NCBI GenBank assembly: GCA_030704615.1
Contig: CM060732.1
Span: 50,406,001-50,470,000, forward strand
Length of the DNA stretch: 64,000 bases
Direction of reading: 5' to 3'
DNA from: Takakia lepidozioides
Lineage: Eukaryota; Plantae; Bryophyta
Part shown: positions 36,838 to 47,566 of the stretch, one piece after another
Position numbering within the stretch: the stretch's first letter is position 1
Layout: each line of letters opens with the position of its first letter
The notes under the pieces: model-generated
The model's input: only the letters and a program-made list of their open reading frames with translations
Database searches by the model: none
What the model was told of the DNA's origin: nothing
Program-made: the position numbers and the translations under genes

Positions 36838-37031
36838 CAACCTTCTGTTAACATGAGCTTCATTTCCTAGAACTAAAATGAACTTTGTGTTAACACGAGG
36901 TTGTTTTCCTGGAACTAAAATCAACCTCGTGTTGACACGATGTTCTTTTCTTAGAACTAAAATCAACCTTGTGTCGGCACAAGGGGGATTTGGAAAACTC
37001 CAAGTAAACCTCGTGTTAACACGAGGTTGAT
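36838..37031. repeat. Five ~42-bp units each containing an AACCTCGTGTTAACACGAGGTT-type palindrome
   Basis: Perfect 22-bp palindrome at ~37007-37028; variants at ~36838, 36880, 36921, 36963. Confidence 0.85.
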
Positions 37032-37232
37032 TTGATCATCTGTCTATCTGAAGGTAGTTTCTTGTGCTTGCTAATGAAAACAAAATGACAGACCAATGCG
37101 ACAAATGCATTCACCCACGCATAGCAAAGATGTTAGACGACATACATTGAGAGACACTGGACTTGAACAGTCATTCCATTACAAGTTGTAGTCAAGGAAA
37201 ACACAGATTTCGGAGTGTCAAGTGAATGCTTT

Positions 37233-40200
37233 CTATGGGCTTGTATCCCGCTGTAGAAGTGTGTTGACTTCGTTGAAACTCATAGTGGCTTGGTGACTGA
37301 AGAAGTCCCGCTTTGGATCACAAACCATCCTTCTCAAGAAGACGAAGTAAAGGTGTTTGCACGGTATGAACTTCCCTCTCTTTCCCAAACTACTTGAAAG
37401 CATACCAACAAAATCAGGACAGGTACAATTTGGAAAATTGGAAACAGTGATGTCGTACGTCTTGTCCTGCAGCGCAGATGCGGATGAGATCATGGTGAAG
37501 ACCCGACCATACCCTGGATCAGGCACTTCCATTGTTCCCACAACACGAGCATGAAGCATTCTCGCGGACTTGATTTTGCCATAGTGTTCTACGGTTGGAG
37601 GGAATCGCCGAACCAGCTTCCCATTCCGTCTGGTTGGCCACAAGTGAGCATCAGGTGGAGGTACCCGTGAACCGCTTGTACTTGAAGCGCCTTCACGTGT
37701 AATGGAATGTCTGGCTAGGGAGAAACCCGCCTCTTCCAGCATTGCGATCTCTTGGTGAGTGAGACCTGTGCCCATCTTCACAGGCCACACGGTTGGTGGA
37801 GTAGGCTTCCTCACCACGGAGGGCCTCACTGTCCCATGCACACATCTCCCCCAATCGTCAGCGCAAAACCAAAACTTGTGGTTCTTTGCCTCTCCTTGGC
37901 CGTAAGGGAGAAACAAACCAGTGAATGTAGGAGCTGCAATGCGTTCTTTCCCTCTGGATATTAATGATGTACATTTCTCATGATTGGTGGCCTTGATCGC
38001 CACGCATTTCACACGTGATCCAGCACTTATGCATTCTATATGCCAAACCTCGTCCAAGCACATGGACTCTATTACATGCCGCACCACATTCTGGTCTTCA
38101 ACCATTGCAGTGACAATGCTTGATGCAGGGGTCCGGTCTGGGGCAGAATGGCCCTCACCTGTGGATGTTCCGCAATTCCATCTCTGATCCAAGGGAACAC
38201 ATGGCGTCGAGAAGTTGACCCTGTCCGCCCTATGGGAGTCTGCATCCGATCCGGGAGGGGTATCCAATTTCCGTTTGCAAGACCCGAATCTCTCTTCACC
38301 TTCCAGATGAGGAACTCTTCCCACGAGAGGGCTGCCATCTGCACATATGCTCACTGCCCGCGCTATTTTGCTCGGATCCCCCGATCTTCTGGCTGCCCGC
38401 AGAATCAACTCGCTCCTGTCCGGGCCTTTGCCTCCAAGGCCACCCCTCAAGAATGACTTGTATTTGGTTTGCTGCTGCAGAGCACAGATAAGGTCATCGG
38501 CCGTAGCCTCATACAAATCTCTTCCTTTTTTGCCGGATTGCTGCAACCAGGGATTGTGCACTGTCTCCGCTAGATTGCAAGACGGCATGTCCGCCATCTC
38601 CTCAATGGACATATGCTGCAAGGCAAAAAAACACAAAGCCGATATTAGGATGGGACCTTGAAAGATATATCCGAAGCACCCAAAAGAAGGTGAATGCAAA
38701 CCACTCACCGTTGTCATGGCCGTTCCCCACTGCCGGTAACGGAAGTGCCAAAATGCGAACCAGTCTTCCAGTGCCCTCATGCTGTCCTCCGATGCAGCTC
38801 CAGATGAGTACCACCAGGCATGAATTGTCTGGAACAATGTATTCGCTTCCCCCATAGTTTTGGCGTCTTTGTACTGTTTGCACAGTTGACGATGCATACT
38901 CTGCATATCTGGCTTGATATCTGCCTTTGTGTGTTTATCCAGGGATTGTATCCAATGGAAAAGACACGTACGTTCTCTTCCAGGCATTGGCACTTTTGGA
39001 TCTCCCGTCCCGAATACAATGCGGACAGCGTTGAAGTTAGCTTGAGCAATGTCGGCCATGAAAGCAACAAGATTGGGAGATGGGAGACCATTGGAGGCCA
39101 TAACACGAATGAGAGCTTCCCACATGAGCTGCTGTGAATCTGTGTCCTCTGACTGCATGTCACACACTGCAATTATCATGACACGCTGGTACACAAGGTT
39201 GACATGTCATTGTGGTCCAGTCTTTAACCCTCTTGACGTGATCGAACATGAGGAATCAGTTGCCTAGATCGCCACCCTTCTGCATACGTTTAACTAGGCT
39301 GACTCCGCTGCCCTTACCTTTTGTGGACATTTTGAACAGGAACACTTTCCTGGCTCCTTGCCCCGGGAAAACGCTGTCTTGGATATAGTCGTACATGCTC
39401 CTTCTCTTCAAATCCATAATATTGTCCATATAACCTCGGCTCCCAGAGCCCATTCTTAAAGCGTTCACCTGATTCCTAATGTTTGGAGAATCAAAGTCGA
39501 GAAATGCTCCATAACAGTGTCCAAAGCTGGTCCCTCCAGTTTTCCTCCAGCCGAATCCGATGCACACAAAATACGGCTTTCCAGAAAGGACTTGCTCGCC
39601 CCCATGGCAATTGCAGATGTGGTTCTAGTTGGATTGGTATCCAACTCTTGCCTTATCAAATGCGAGACTGTCTCAATGCTCTCCCTGTAATCCCCCTTGG
39701 ACACAGGGTGGTTGTGAAAACCGAAATGGACACAGGCTCTAGTTAGGGTTTTGAATCGATGCACCACATAGTACATTTTGGCACCACACATTGCAAGGCA
39801 GCAAGGCGGTACCCTACAGAACTTGCATACAAAAGTGTTACTGTATGGAGGTGTCACACTAGGCTTGAATGGATTCTCACTGACACCAACCCATTCGCTT
39901 TGGTTTTGCACACCCGACAATGCGAAGTGTCTGCATTTCATGTTCTCGCATTTCAAATGCCCATTACAGACTGTTCGCCTGAATGTGAGGTTGTCGTGGT
40001 TGTGAATATTGGAGGTTTTTGTGCGGCACCAAGGGTGCCCATCGTGCTTTTTGTCCATTCCTTCCATGAGACTGGAAATGCCCCCAACGCGACCAGGAGG
40101 AGGCAGCTCAAAAACAGTATTACCATCAAAAGATTCCGGCAATAATGCCACCCTCTGAACATTGTAAGTGCTCCAGTCAATCCCCCTCAACTCACTCTTG

Positions 40201-41048
40201 AATCCTGCCATCCCACCCATGGCTTTCAGTTTAGGAATAACACAAGTGATCTCCTCCACATCTGCTACCTGATGTGGACATGGCTGATCCACGGGCAGTA
40301 TTTCACAGGTGTCATCGGAGGATGAGTCCGAAAGCTCAACTACAGTGTTAACGGTACTTGACTCCTTCTTGACAACCACGGGTGTTTTCTCTTGGGCCAC
40401 TGATGCTGCCGTGCCAGGAGTAACGAACGATCCTGCAGACTGTCTCCGAGGAGCACTGAGCACCCTGTATCTGCCTGGAGTCACTCTCCATTGTGTGGTT
40501 GGTGCAGTATGCGAAGGTTTCTGGAACGCGTACTTGAGCAGTTTTCCATTGGCATCATACACTTCCCTTTCAAGGAATAGAGTTCCATTTTCCAACCAAA
40601 ACTGCGTTGCGAGCACGTGTTCATGCACCACCGCAAAACCGTCATCTTCCACCTCGTAAGAAAAGGGGACAGGGTGGTCCTCACTGAAGAAGTCCGCGTC
40701 AAGGGAGCCCATGGGCTGGGCGGCCATCTGTCAATGTTGCTTCAAAACGAACAGTTCACAGTCCGACGTTGCTTCTGATTGCAGGTTGTACTAGAGCGGA
40801 GTTTTTTGGCTGTATAGATGACGTCCTTACACACAGTTGCAGGTGTCGCACCCGCTTGCAGGTCTCCTAACGCGGTTCGGCACATCGTGGAAATGTGTCC
40901 CCATGCGAACCAAGTGGACGGTCGCAGAGTGCCCAAATGCGGAGTGGATAATGTCAGCCCTAATCAAAGAATGCAACTGTTTTCTCAAAGGTGCCCCACC
41001 AGTGCATTGGACAACCAACTCAGCAAGATTCACTGTCAGAGCCGCCAT
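37233..41048 (-). pseudogene. MULE-type transposase with N-terminal GCM-like zinc domain and C-terminal SWIM finger; intron ~38618-38709, probable first exon ~41048-40832
   Basis: GCM-like C.GHLKC.N.KC...C..C...C.AK....CVH.G.HNHP; catalytic region F.FDHVKRV, FMAD, CLFHW (CxxH), NLAETVHN; SWIM CTCPDF...CKHLYFV. Frameshifts at ~39480 and ~39200, stop at 39256-39258. Confidence 0.85.
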
Positions 41049-41204
41049 TTGTCTGTCATGTCAGAGATTCCAGATGAGATGCCCATTTCCATTCAATTTT
41101 AACGGCACCTGCACCGCTGTACAATTGTACATACTTCACATTCCTCTGAAACATCCCTAAAGCTATTTCTCATCAATGAACTTTTCCGGATGAGAGGTGG
41201 ACCC

Positions 41205-41696
41205 GAACACGAGGTTGACGCGAGGTTGATTCGTGTGCCTTTTCTGTTCAATCCCACAAACCCTAAACGTCTGGCAGCCATGGAACTGTTGAATGCTCCC
41301 GGTGCATCATAGAGTGCCAAGAAGAAACCATAAGTTGCAATGTGCCTTTCCATGTGATTTTTTTGTTTGTTGAACACCAATCTGAGAGCTCCACAGCAAC
41401 CTTGCGTCAACGCAAGGTTGATGTCGACCTCCAAAGCGTTTGTTTATGAAGGTGACATGAAACAGATTCAGCACTCGAATCAACCTTGCGTTGACGCGAG
41501 GCTGATTCTGATGCCACTCTCTGCATCTAAAGTCTCGCACCAGGAAACGCAAAGTAGGGAAAGTCGATTATCTGAAGCCACCAAAAGAACCCTGCGTCAA
41601 CGCAAAGCATTTAGTTGGTTCAATGGACTGTTGCGGTATGCATTTTAGACTAAGCTGCATCCCCATCAATCAACCTTGCGTCAACACAAGGTAGAT
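41205..41696. repeat. Dispersed palindromes CAACCTTGCGTCAACGCAAGGTTG between the two genes
   Basis: Copies at ~41205, 41397, 41480, 41588, 41670. Confidence 0.85.
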
Positions 41697-41743
41697 CCAT
41701 GGGAGCTCAATCTGTCACTCACAGGGATATTCATTCTGTGCAG

Positions 41744-44700
41744 AGGAAAAGAAAAAAGAAATCCGTGGGGGGGAGATGCGGAAGTGGCAGAAGGTGATGG
41801 TGAGGAGGAGTCATTTGAGGGACACTATGAAGACAAGGCCGAGGAGGTTATGGAGAAAGTGAACTCCTCGAAGGTGATTCTGTCAATGGAGGTTCCCGGC
41901 GGAAACCTGGTTATCCCACTATGCATGATGATCTCCATGCCCACGGTTCGACCTGCATTGAGGAACGACATCACAAAGTTGAAGAACGATTTTGTTCACG
42001 GCTATGTCAAGGGATTTGCTGTGTTCTATGTATCCACTGTGAACACGAAAGGAGAGGAGTGTCCTGTAACAGAGGAGATAGAGCAAAGTTGGGATGCATG
42101 CTGGCGGGATGGAAACAGGGAGTTTGAGTTCAAGCTGTCCAAAAAGGCCTCCACAAAAGCGTTTATGGGAAAGATGTTTTTTGTCTGGGATGGGAACCAT
42201 AGACTGCTTGCCTGGATGGATTACATTTCAAGCTTGCACTCGGACAAGATCGAATGGCATTAGAGCGTGGTTTCCATGGTACTCGACCACAAAGGACGTG
42301 TCACGCAGCTCTTGACACGACATAAACAAGTAAGTTACCAACAATGTTCCCGTTCCGATCTACTTTTGCACAATTAGAAATCATCTTATGAGTTGAAGGT
42401 TTTTCCAGGTCCAATGAAACCTCCCATGTGACGACAAACCTCTGCCACACTCTATTCCGTATCCAGAAGATAGGGCTGATGCCACTGGAGTCATTCACGA
42501 ACGTGCTCAATCCTTAGCAGATGAAGAGGTGTGCTGAAAAGAAGACAAGTACATTGTACAGCCTGATAAGGGAGGCTTTTCTTGACTACATGTACACGGT
42601 AAGCTTCTTGATATTTGTCTGATTGTTGTTACTGCAAATTTTATCAAGAAACGACAGTGTTTGATTCTTTCTCCCTGTAATGTATGCAACAAGAAATAGC
42701 AGAAACTGGTTTGAAGGCTTGAGGACATAATGAAATTCGAGATGAACAATCAAAGGAAGAACCTCATGAGTGCGTTCGACAAACAAATCCGCATAGCAGA
42801 TCCAAGTCTTGGCACGGAATTTCCGGAACAGGTGAAAGCACATTATGACAAGTATGGCTCAAAGCCAGAGATGACCCAAGAGAAACTGCATCGCCTCTCC
42901 ATTTCAATGGTGGACAATGCAACCAAAATCAGGTGGTTGGAGATCTGGAATTCCGATCCACTTGTGAGAGACACCAACATGTTCCCATCTCCTGAGATGG
43001 ACTCGAAGACACAAGCAATAAAAGTTGTTAGCGACCACACATTTGACCAGTGGCTACACAAAGCAACCTTCTGGAGCCAGGTAAAGTTTCCACAAAACCA
43101 TTTTCAAATGCTTGTGCTGCTCCGTGCTCTCTCCACAATTCTTATGATCTTTCTTGCTGCAGTTGGAAAAACGAGCGGTGGCTGCACTTGGGGAGTCAAT
43201 GGCAGACTACAAAATCCAGATGTCTTGCCCCCGGATCACACTAGAGGCCTATATCAGGAGATGGAAGCTCGCTGTCTGGAACAACTGTTTTTCCAGGGAG
43301 TTTCAGAGAGAAAAAAGAATCTCCAGGTCCTACGAATTCAAAAACCAGTACAACAGCGAGCAAGCAATGAAACGAGTGTCGTACAGGTGTGACCTCCAAG
43401 AAACAATTCAAGTACTTGAAGTGTATGTTTCTGTATTCTTGTTTCATTTTTTCCATGTAGAACTACGAATTCGGAGGTTTTCAGGGAGCTATGAAGGCTC
43501 TGGACGTGCAGCCGAGCAACATTGCATTAACGCAAGCTTGTATCCCTTTGTTTTGGTTTCACTTTCATGTACCTGGGGTATCCAATGAAGTCGTTATTCT
43601 GCATGTGAAAGGGCAAAAATTGACAGGAAAATCAACCTTGCGTCAACGCAAGGTTGATGAAGGGCCTGGCTGTGTAGGTTTTCCTGTGTTTTTGGGTTGT
43701 TTTTTTTGTGGTTTCCAGTTGCAATGCTACCAGGATGAACTTAAAATCGGTTTGGAGTCTGTTTGAAATGCTGTTTAGAGCTTACATTGTACCATCAAAC
43801 AGCCTTGCGTTGACGCAACGTTGTTTGACGATATGGATTGCTAGATTAATCCCGCCAAAATACCCCGATTTCCATACAATTGTAGGAAAGTTAAGGTTAT
43901 CAAAAATACCCTGGACAGGTGTTTCAGCAGAGGAATTCAACCTTGCGTCAACGCAAGGTTGAATATCCATACCAGCAGATATTCGGATGGTGGTTTTCAA
44001 TCACTGTTTTCCATTTCCTCTGTTAATGAAAACAACCTTGCGTTGACGCAATGTTGAATTCCGTTGCCAAGCACTGTCTCTTTCAATGCTACATTATCAT
44101 AGGTGTATCCGCCAATCTTCTTTGCATCAACGCAAGGTTGATTGGGGTTCCAATGTTGTGCATGAGATGTTTTAGGATAATGGGCTTTCCCTCTCGTACG
44201 TGCTTGTTGAAAGTGCAGTTCTCCAAATTTGGTGTTTCCCATTTCAGCTCGAATCAACATTGCGTCAATGCAATGTTGAATCGGGCTTTCAAACGTTGGT
44301 TTATCAGTGTTACTGACCTGCATGCCAATACACTTCTCGTGATGTGTAATCTGTGTCCTGATCAGATCGATTGACTGTCTGGATTTTGGGTGTGTGTGTC
44401 ATTCAGGTATATGTATCATGTCCTCATACCGGGAAACTACCTTAGCGATGACCCAGACCTCATCTACTCGTGGGCTGACCCCTCCAATGACAAGACAATG
44501 TACACGGCTGGTATTGCCAGAGACTGGAGCAGAGCGCACTTCAGAGACTATGGGTGGTACCTCGATCTGCCAAAACAGGATACACCATTCGATGAAGTTG
44601 TTTTGAGAAACCTTGACGACAACGCCGCGGCACTTGCCCCACTGGCTGACAAAGACATTCAGGACAGAATCATTGCTGCTCTGGCTGCAAAAGAGCCTGA

Positions 44701-46517
44701 GAAATCTGCTACTCCAAAACGGAGGGGGAAGATTGTCGGGGATCCGAAGGGGAAGGGGAAGAGCAGCAGCAGGGCCCGTCAGAGGTCGCTGAAAGACAGC
44801 CTTCTCCAACTAGGAGGGATAGGAGAACAACAAAGTCGAGGGAGCAGCCTTTCGATGCGAGAGAACATCCATCCAGGGTTTTGGGCCAGTTCCATCGTAA
44901 GGTGGTGAATGAAAGTTTTCTGGGAATGATGGAATCCAGGAAGTCGACATTCAAAGGGGTGCCCTCGAAATCATGGGACATGCTTGTTTCGTTCCTCACT
45001 CAGGTAAGCACATATTTCTTAACTGTTGTGTGAATAATTTTGTTTTGGCAACTTGTTCTGGCTTGTCGATGGGATTGATTTCCTGTTGGATCAAGATTGG
45101 GCTTGTGACACTGTCTCCTGTTTTTGCCTGTAGGTCACAAAAAGGCCGGATTGGGTGAATGGAGTTCAGCAGGCATACGCGACTGACCTTGTGGTGCTGG
45201 ACATTCCTGACGGTTTCCCTGTCCCTGATGTGTTGCCTTCCAATTCAACCCCCACTTGGAACAAATCGGATTCTCGTTACTGGCAGTGGGCATTCTCATT
45301 CAGCAACAAATTCCTTTCTGACTCGGGGGCTCTTCTTCTCATGCAGTCAAAGGACATGTCGGCACGGAGAACTCTTTTCAGCTACATGAAAGCTTCCGGG
45401 TTTCGTGTCATCAAAACTTGGACATGCATCAACACTCTGCCTCTTACGAAGGGCGAATTCCCGGGGCAGAAAGTGAGTTGGTTCCTTTGAATTAAAGTTT
45501 CGTGGTTCTGATGTACATGTCAAAAGTTGGTTTTGTCTTTTGCCTCATGCTCTCTTTGTGATTATTGACAGACTCGGGTGTTCGAAGCTTTGTGCTTGGT
45601 AAGGGTGCGTAAGGACTCTCTTCCTCCTGGTATTGCTGAGTTCTAGTTGAGGGACCTTGCAGCTCACATTGACCCCACCTGCGAGCCTGTGGAGGATGAT
45701 GTAATCTTCAATTACGTGGACTCGGGTCGAACCACGAAAAGGTCGATTGGTATCCCTTGGAGAGGTGCACGGGAGAAATCTCGAGCTTTCATGCAGACTT
45801 TGGTGGAGACATGCAGCCGTCACGGTGGACGAGTGGTTGACTTGTCTATGGGAATAGGTGGGGCCCTCAACACTGTGTTTGAAATGTGGGCAGTGAGCTT
45901 AGGGAAGCCCTGTTTTGATTTCTCGTTCATCTTCGATTTGCAGGAGCATCTTTTCATGCGTGCAAAAGCGCCAGAAGGCACTTCTTCGGCATGGAGGCTG
46001 ATACGGAGCTCTTCTCAAGCGAGCTTCATCAGCTTGAGTCGGGCACTACTTCTGCCCCATCCACGGAGGGACTTCCTAAGGAGCCCGAAGCGCCTGACGA
46101 GGATCTCGACGTGGACTCCGATTTTGAGTGTGAGTAAGTTCGGCTCTAGTCGTGCAAAATATGTTGCATTTCATTGTGTCATTCCCGTTCGACAGATGGT
46201 TGCTTACATTGTCTATTTTTGGATGATAACATCTACCACCATTCCTCTTCTTGTTTTCCAGAGTTCGGCAGGCGTCATCGAATACGCAGACACCTTTCAG
46301 TTTCCAAGGATACTACATGTCCCCGAGTCCCCCTAGAGCTTACCGCTTGCCGGTTTACGCGGAAGCTTGCGCACGGGTGTTGTCCCAACAAACAATGTAT
46401 TCGCCTCTCCATGGGGGTCGCGGAGAAAAAAAATGTCAAGGAGGGGCTGCTGTGTTCATAGATGATATTGCTGCAGACTCTGGAAGTAGTTCGTCTGAAA
46501 CCTCCAATAGTTCTTGA
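41744..46517 (+). pseudogene. Cargo gene A: ParB/Srx-like domain + helical linker + beta-class N4C/N6A DNA methyltransferase-like domain. Exons ~41744-42329, 42409-42598, 42703-43080, 43162-43386, 44407-45003, 45134-45472, 45572-45857, 45944-~46132, ~46262-46517.
   Basis: IPLC......VRP...DI.KL..DF..GY....FYVS...FFVWDGNHRLLAW; TDLVVLDIPDG.P...PTWN; KFLSDSGALLL; WRGAREKSRAFMQTLVETCS..GGRVVDLSMGIG|ASFHACKSARRHFFGMEAD. GT-AG introns. A few stops (42261, 45644) and frameshifts. Confidence 0.78.
43517..44280. repeat. Dispersed palindromes in the large intron (43387-44406) of cargo gene A
   Basis: TCAACCTTGCGTCAACGCAAGGTTGA or variants at ~43517, 43632, 43800, 43937, 44033, 44117, 44254. Confidence 0.88.
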
Positions 46518-46957
46518 GGTTCAAGTACCGAGACTTAATAAAATGTATTTTGGTTTTGCTTCCATCCCCAAACTGTTTTTCAAGATCTTCGCGCGTTCCC
46601 GTAAGTACAGTTAGGGATTGCCTGGGGTAGGTCTTCAGATTCCAGCATTGAAAAATGTTTGTGGGTTGGAATGAATGAACTACTTTGCAAAAAAAAGGGT
46701 TTGCTGTTAATATTCAATTCTCTAGCGGGCGATCTTCTCATTCAAAAATCATGTCCACAAACCTACCATTGTTCTCGGTCGGAAAGAATATTCATGTGGG
46801 GCCAATGAAAGGGACATAGACGACAACCAATCCGCGGTAATTGGGGGGGGGGGGGGGGGGGGGGACGGAATTAGGACCTGCACACGTGGATGATTGCTGA
46901 CATGGCGTGAGCCTAGCCAAGCTCACAGGCTCACAGGCTCACGCGCAAGCATTCCCC

Positions 46958-47566
46958 GGTGCATGGTGACATCATCAAAGCTGGAATTGTACCAAGGTTG
47001 CAATGCGTGTGCAAACTTGGGAGCCCTGGAAAATGGGAAAGAGGTTTGTGGTGACATCGTCAAAGCTGGAATTGCACTAGATTCATCCTGATTACTGTCC
47101 TGATGGACATATGCCAAATATGGGCTTTCAAGATATACGAGAGATTGCAGCAAGATTGGATGGAGGCTTTAGAGATTTATGAACAAATGATGGGGGAAGT
47201 GGTGAAGCCCGACCACATCACGTTTGTGTGCGTTTGCAGTGTGTATGCAAGCCTGGCAGCCCTGGAAAATGGCATGGTTGCATCGCCAAAGCTGGAATTG
47301 AACCAGACGTGGTTCTGAACAATACCCTCGTGGACATGTATGCCAGATGTGGAATGCGATGATCGCAAGATATGCCCAGCATGCTGTTATAGGGAGGTCC
47401 TGCAAGTATTTGAAAGAATGCAAAAGAATGGCTTGAAGCTGGACAGTCTTTATATGTGTTCTGTCTACATGCAACCACACTGGCCTACTGAATGAAGGAA
47501 GACGCTACTTTGATTCCCTGAGTCAAGATCATGGTATCACTCCGACAGTAAAACACTTTGGCTGCA
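46958..47566 (+). pseudogene. Decayed PLS-PPR, continuation after element A
   Basis: VHGDIIKAGI, CNACANLGALENGKEV, GEVVKPDHITFVCV, CNHTGLLNEGRRYFDSLSQDHGITPTVKHFGC. Confidence 0.88.

Larger units (their letters stand above)
36597..46957. mobile_element. Mutator-like DNA transposon A (10,361 bp): transposase (-) plus cargo gene (+)
   Basis: 9-bp TSD GGTGCATGG (36588-36596 / 46958-46966) inside a PPR motif that resumes on the other side. Imperfect TIRs built on GCGTGAGCCTG / CAGGCTCACGC. MULE-type transposase. Confidence 0.88.

Noticed and set aside
35932-36966. 344-aa minus-strand ORF
   Set aside because: Crosses the transposon boundary into antisense PPR sequence and has no coherent domain.
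41744-46517. Bacterial contamination as the source of the ParB/MTase gene
   Set aside because: It has spliceosomal introns shared by two copies and sits inside a TSD-flanked element within plant PPR sequence.
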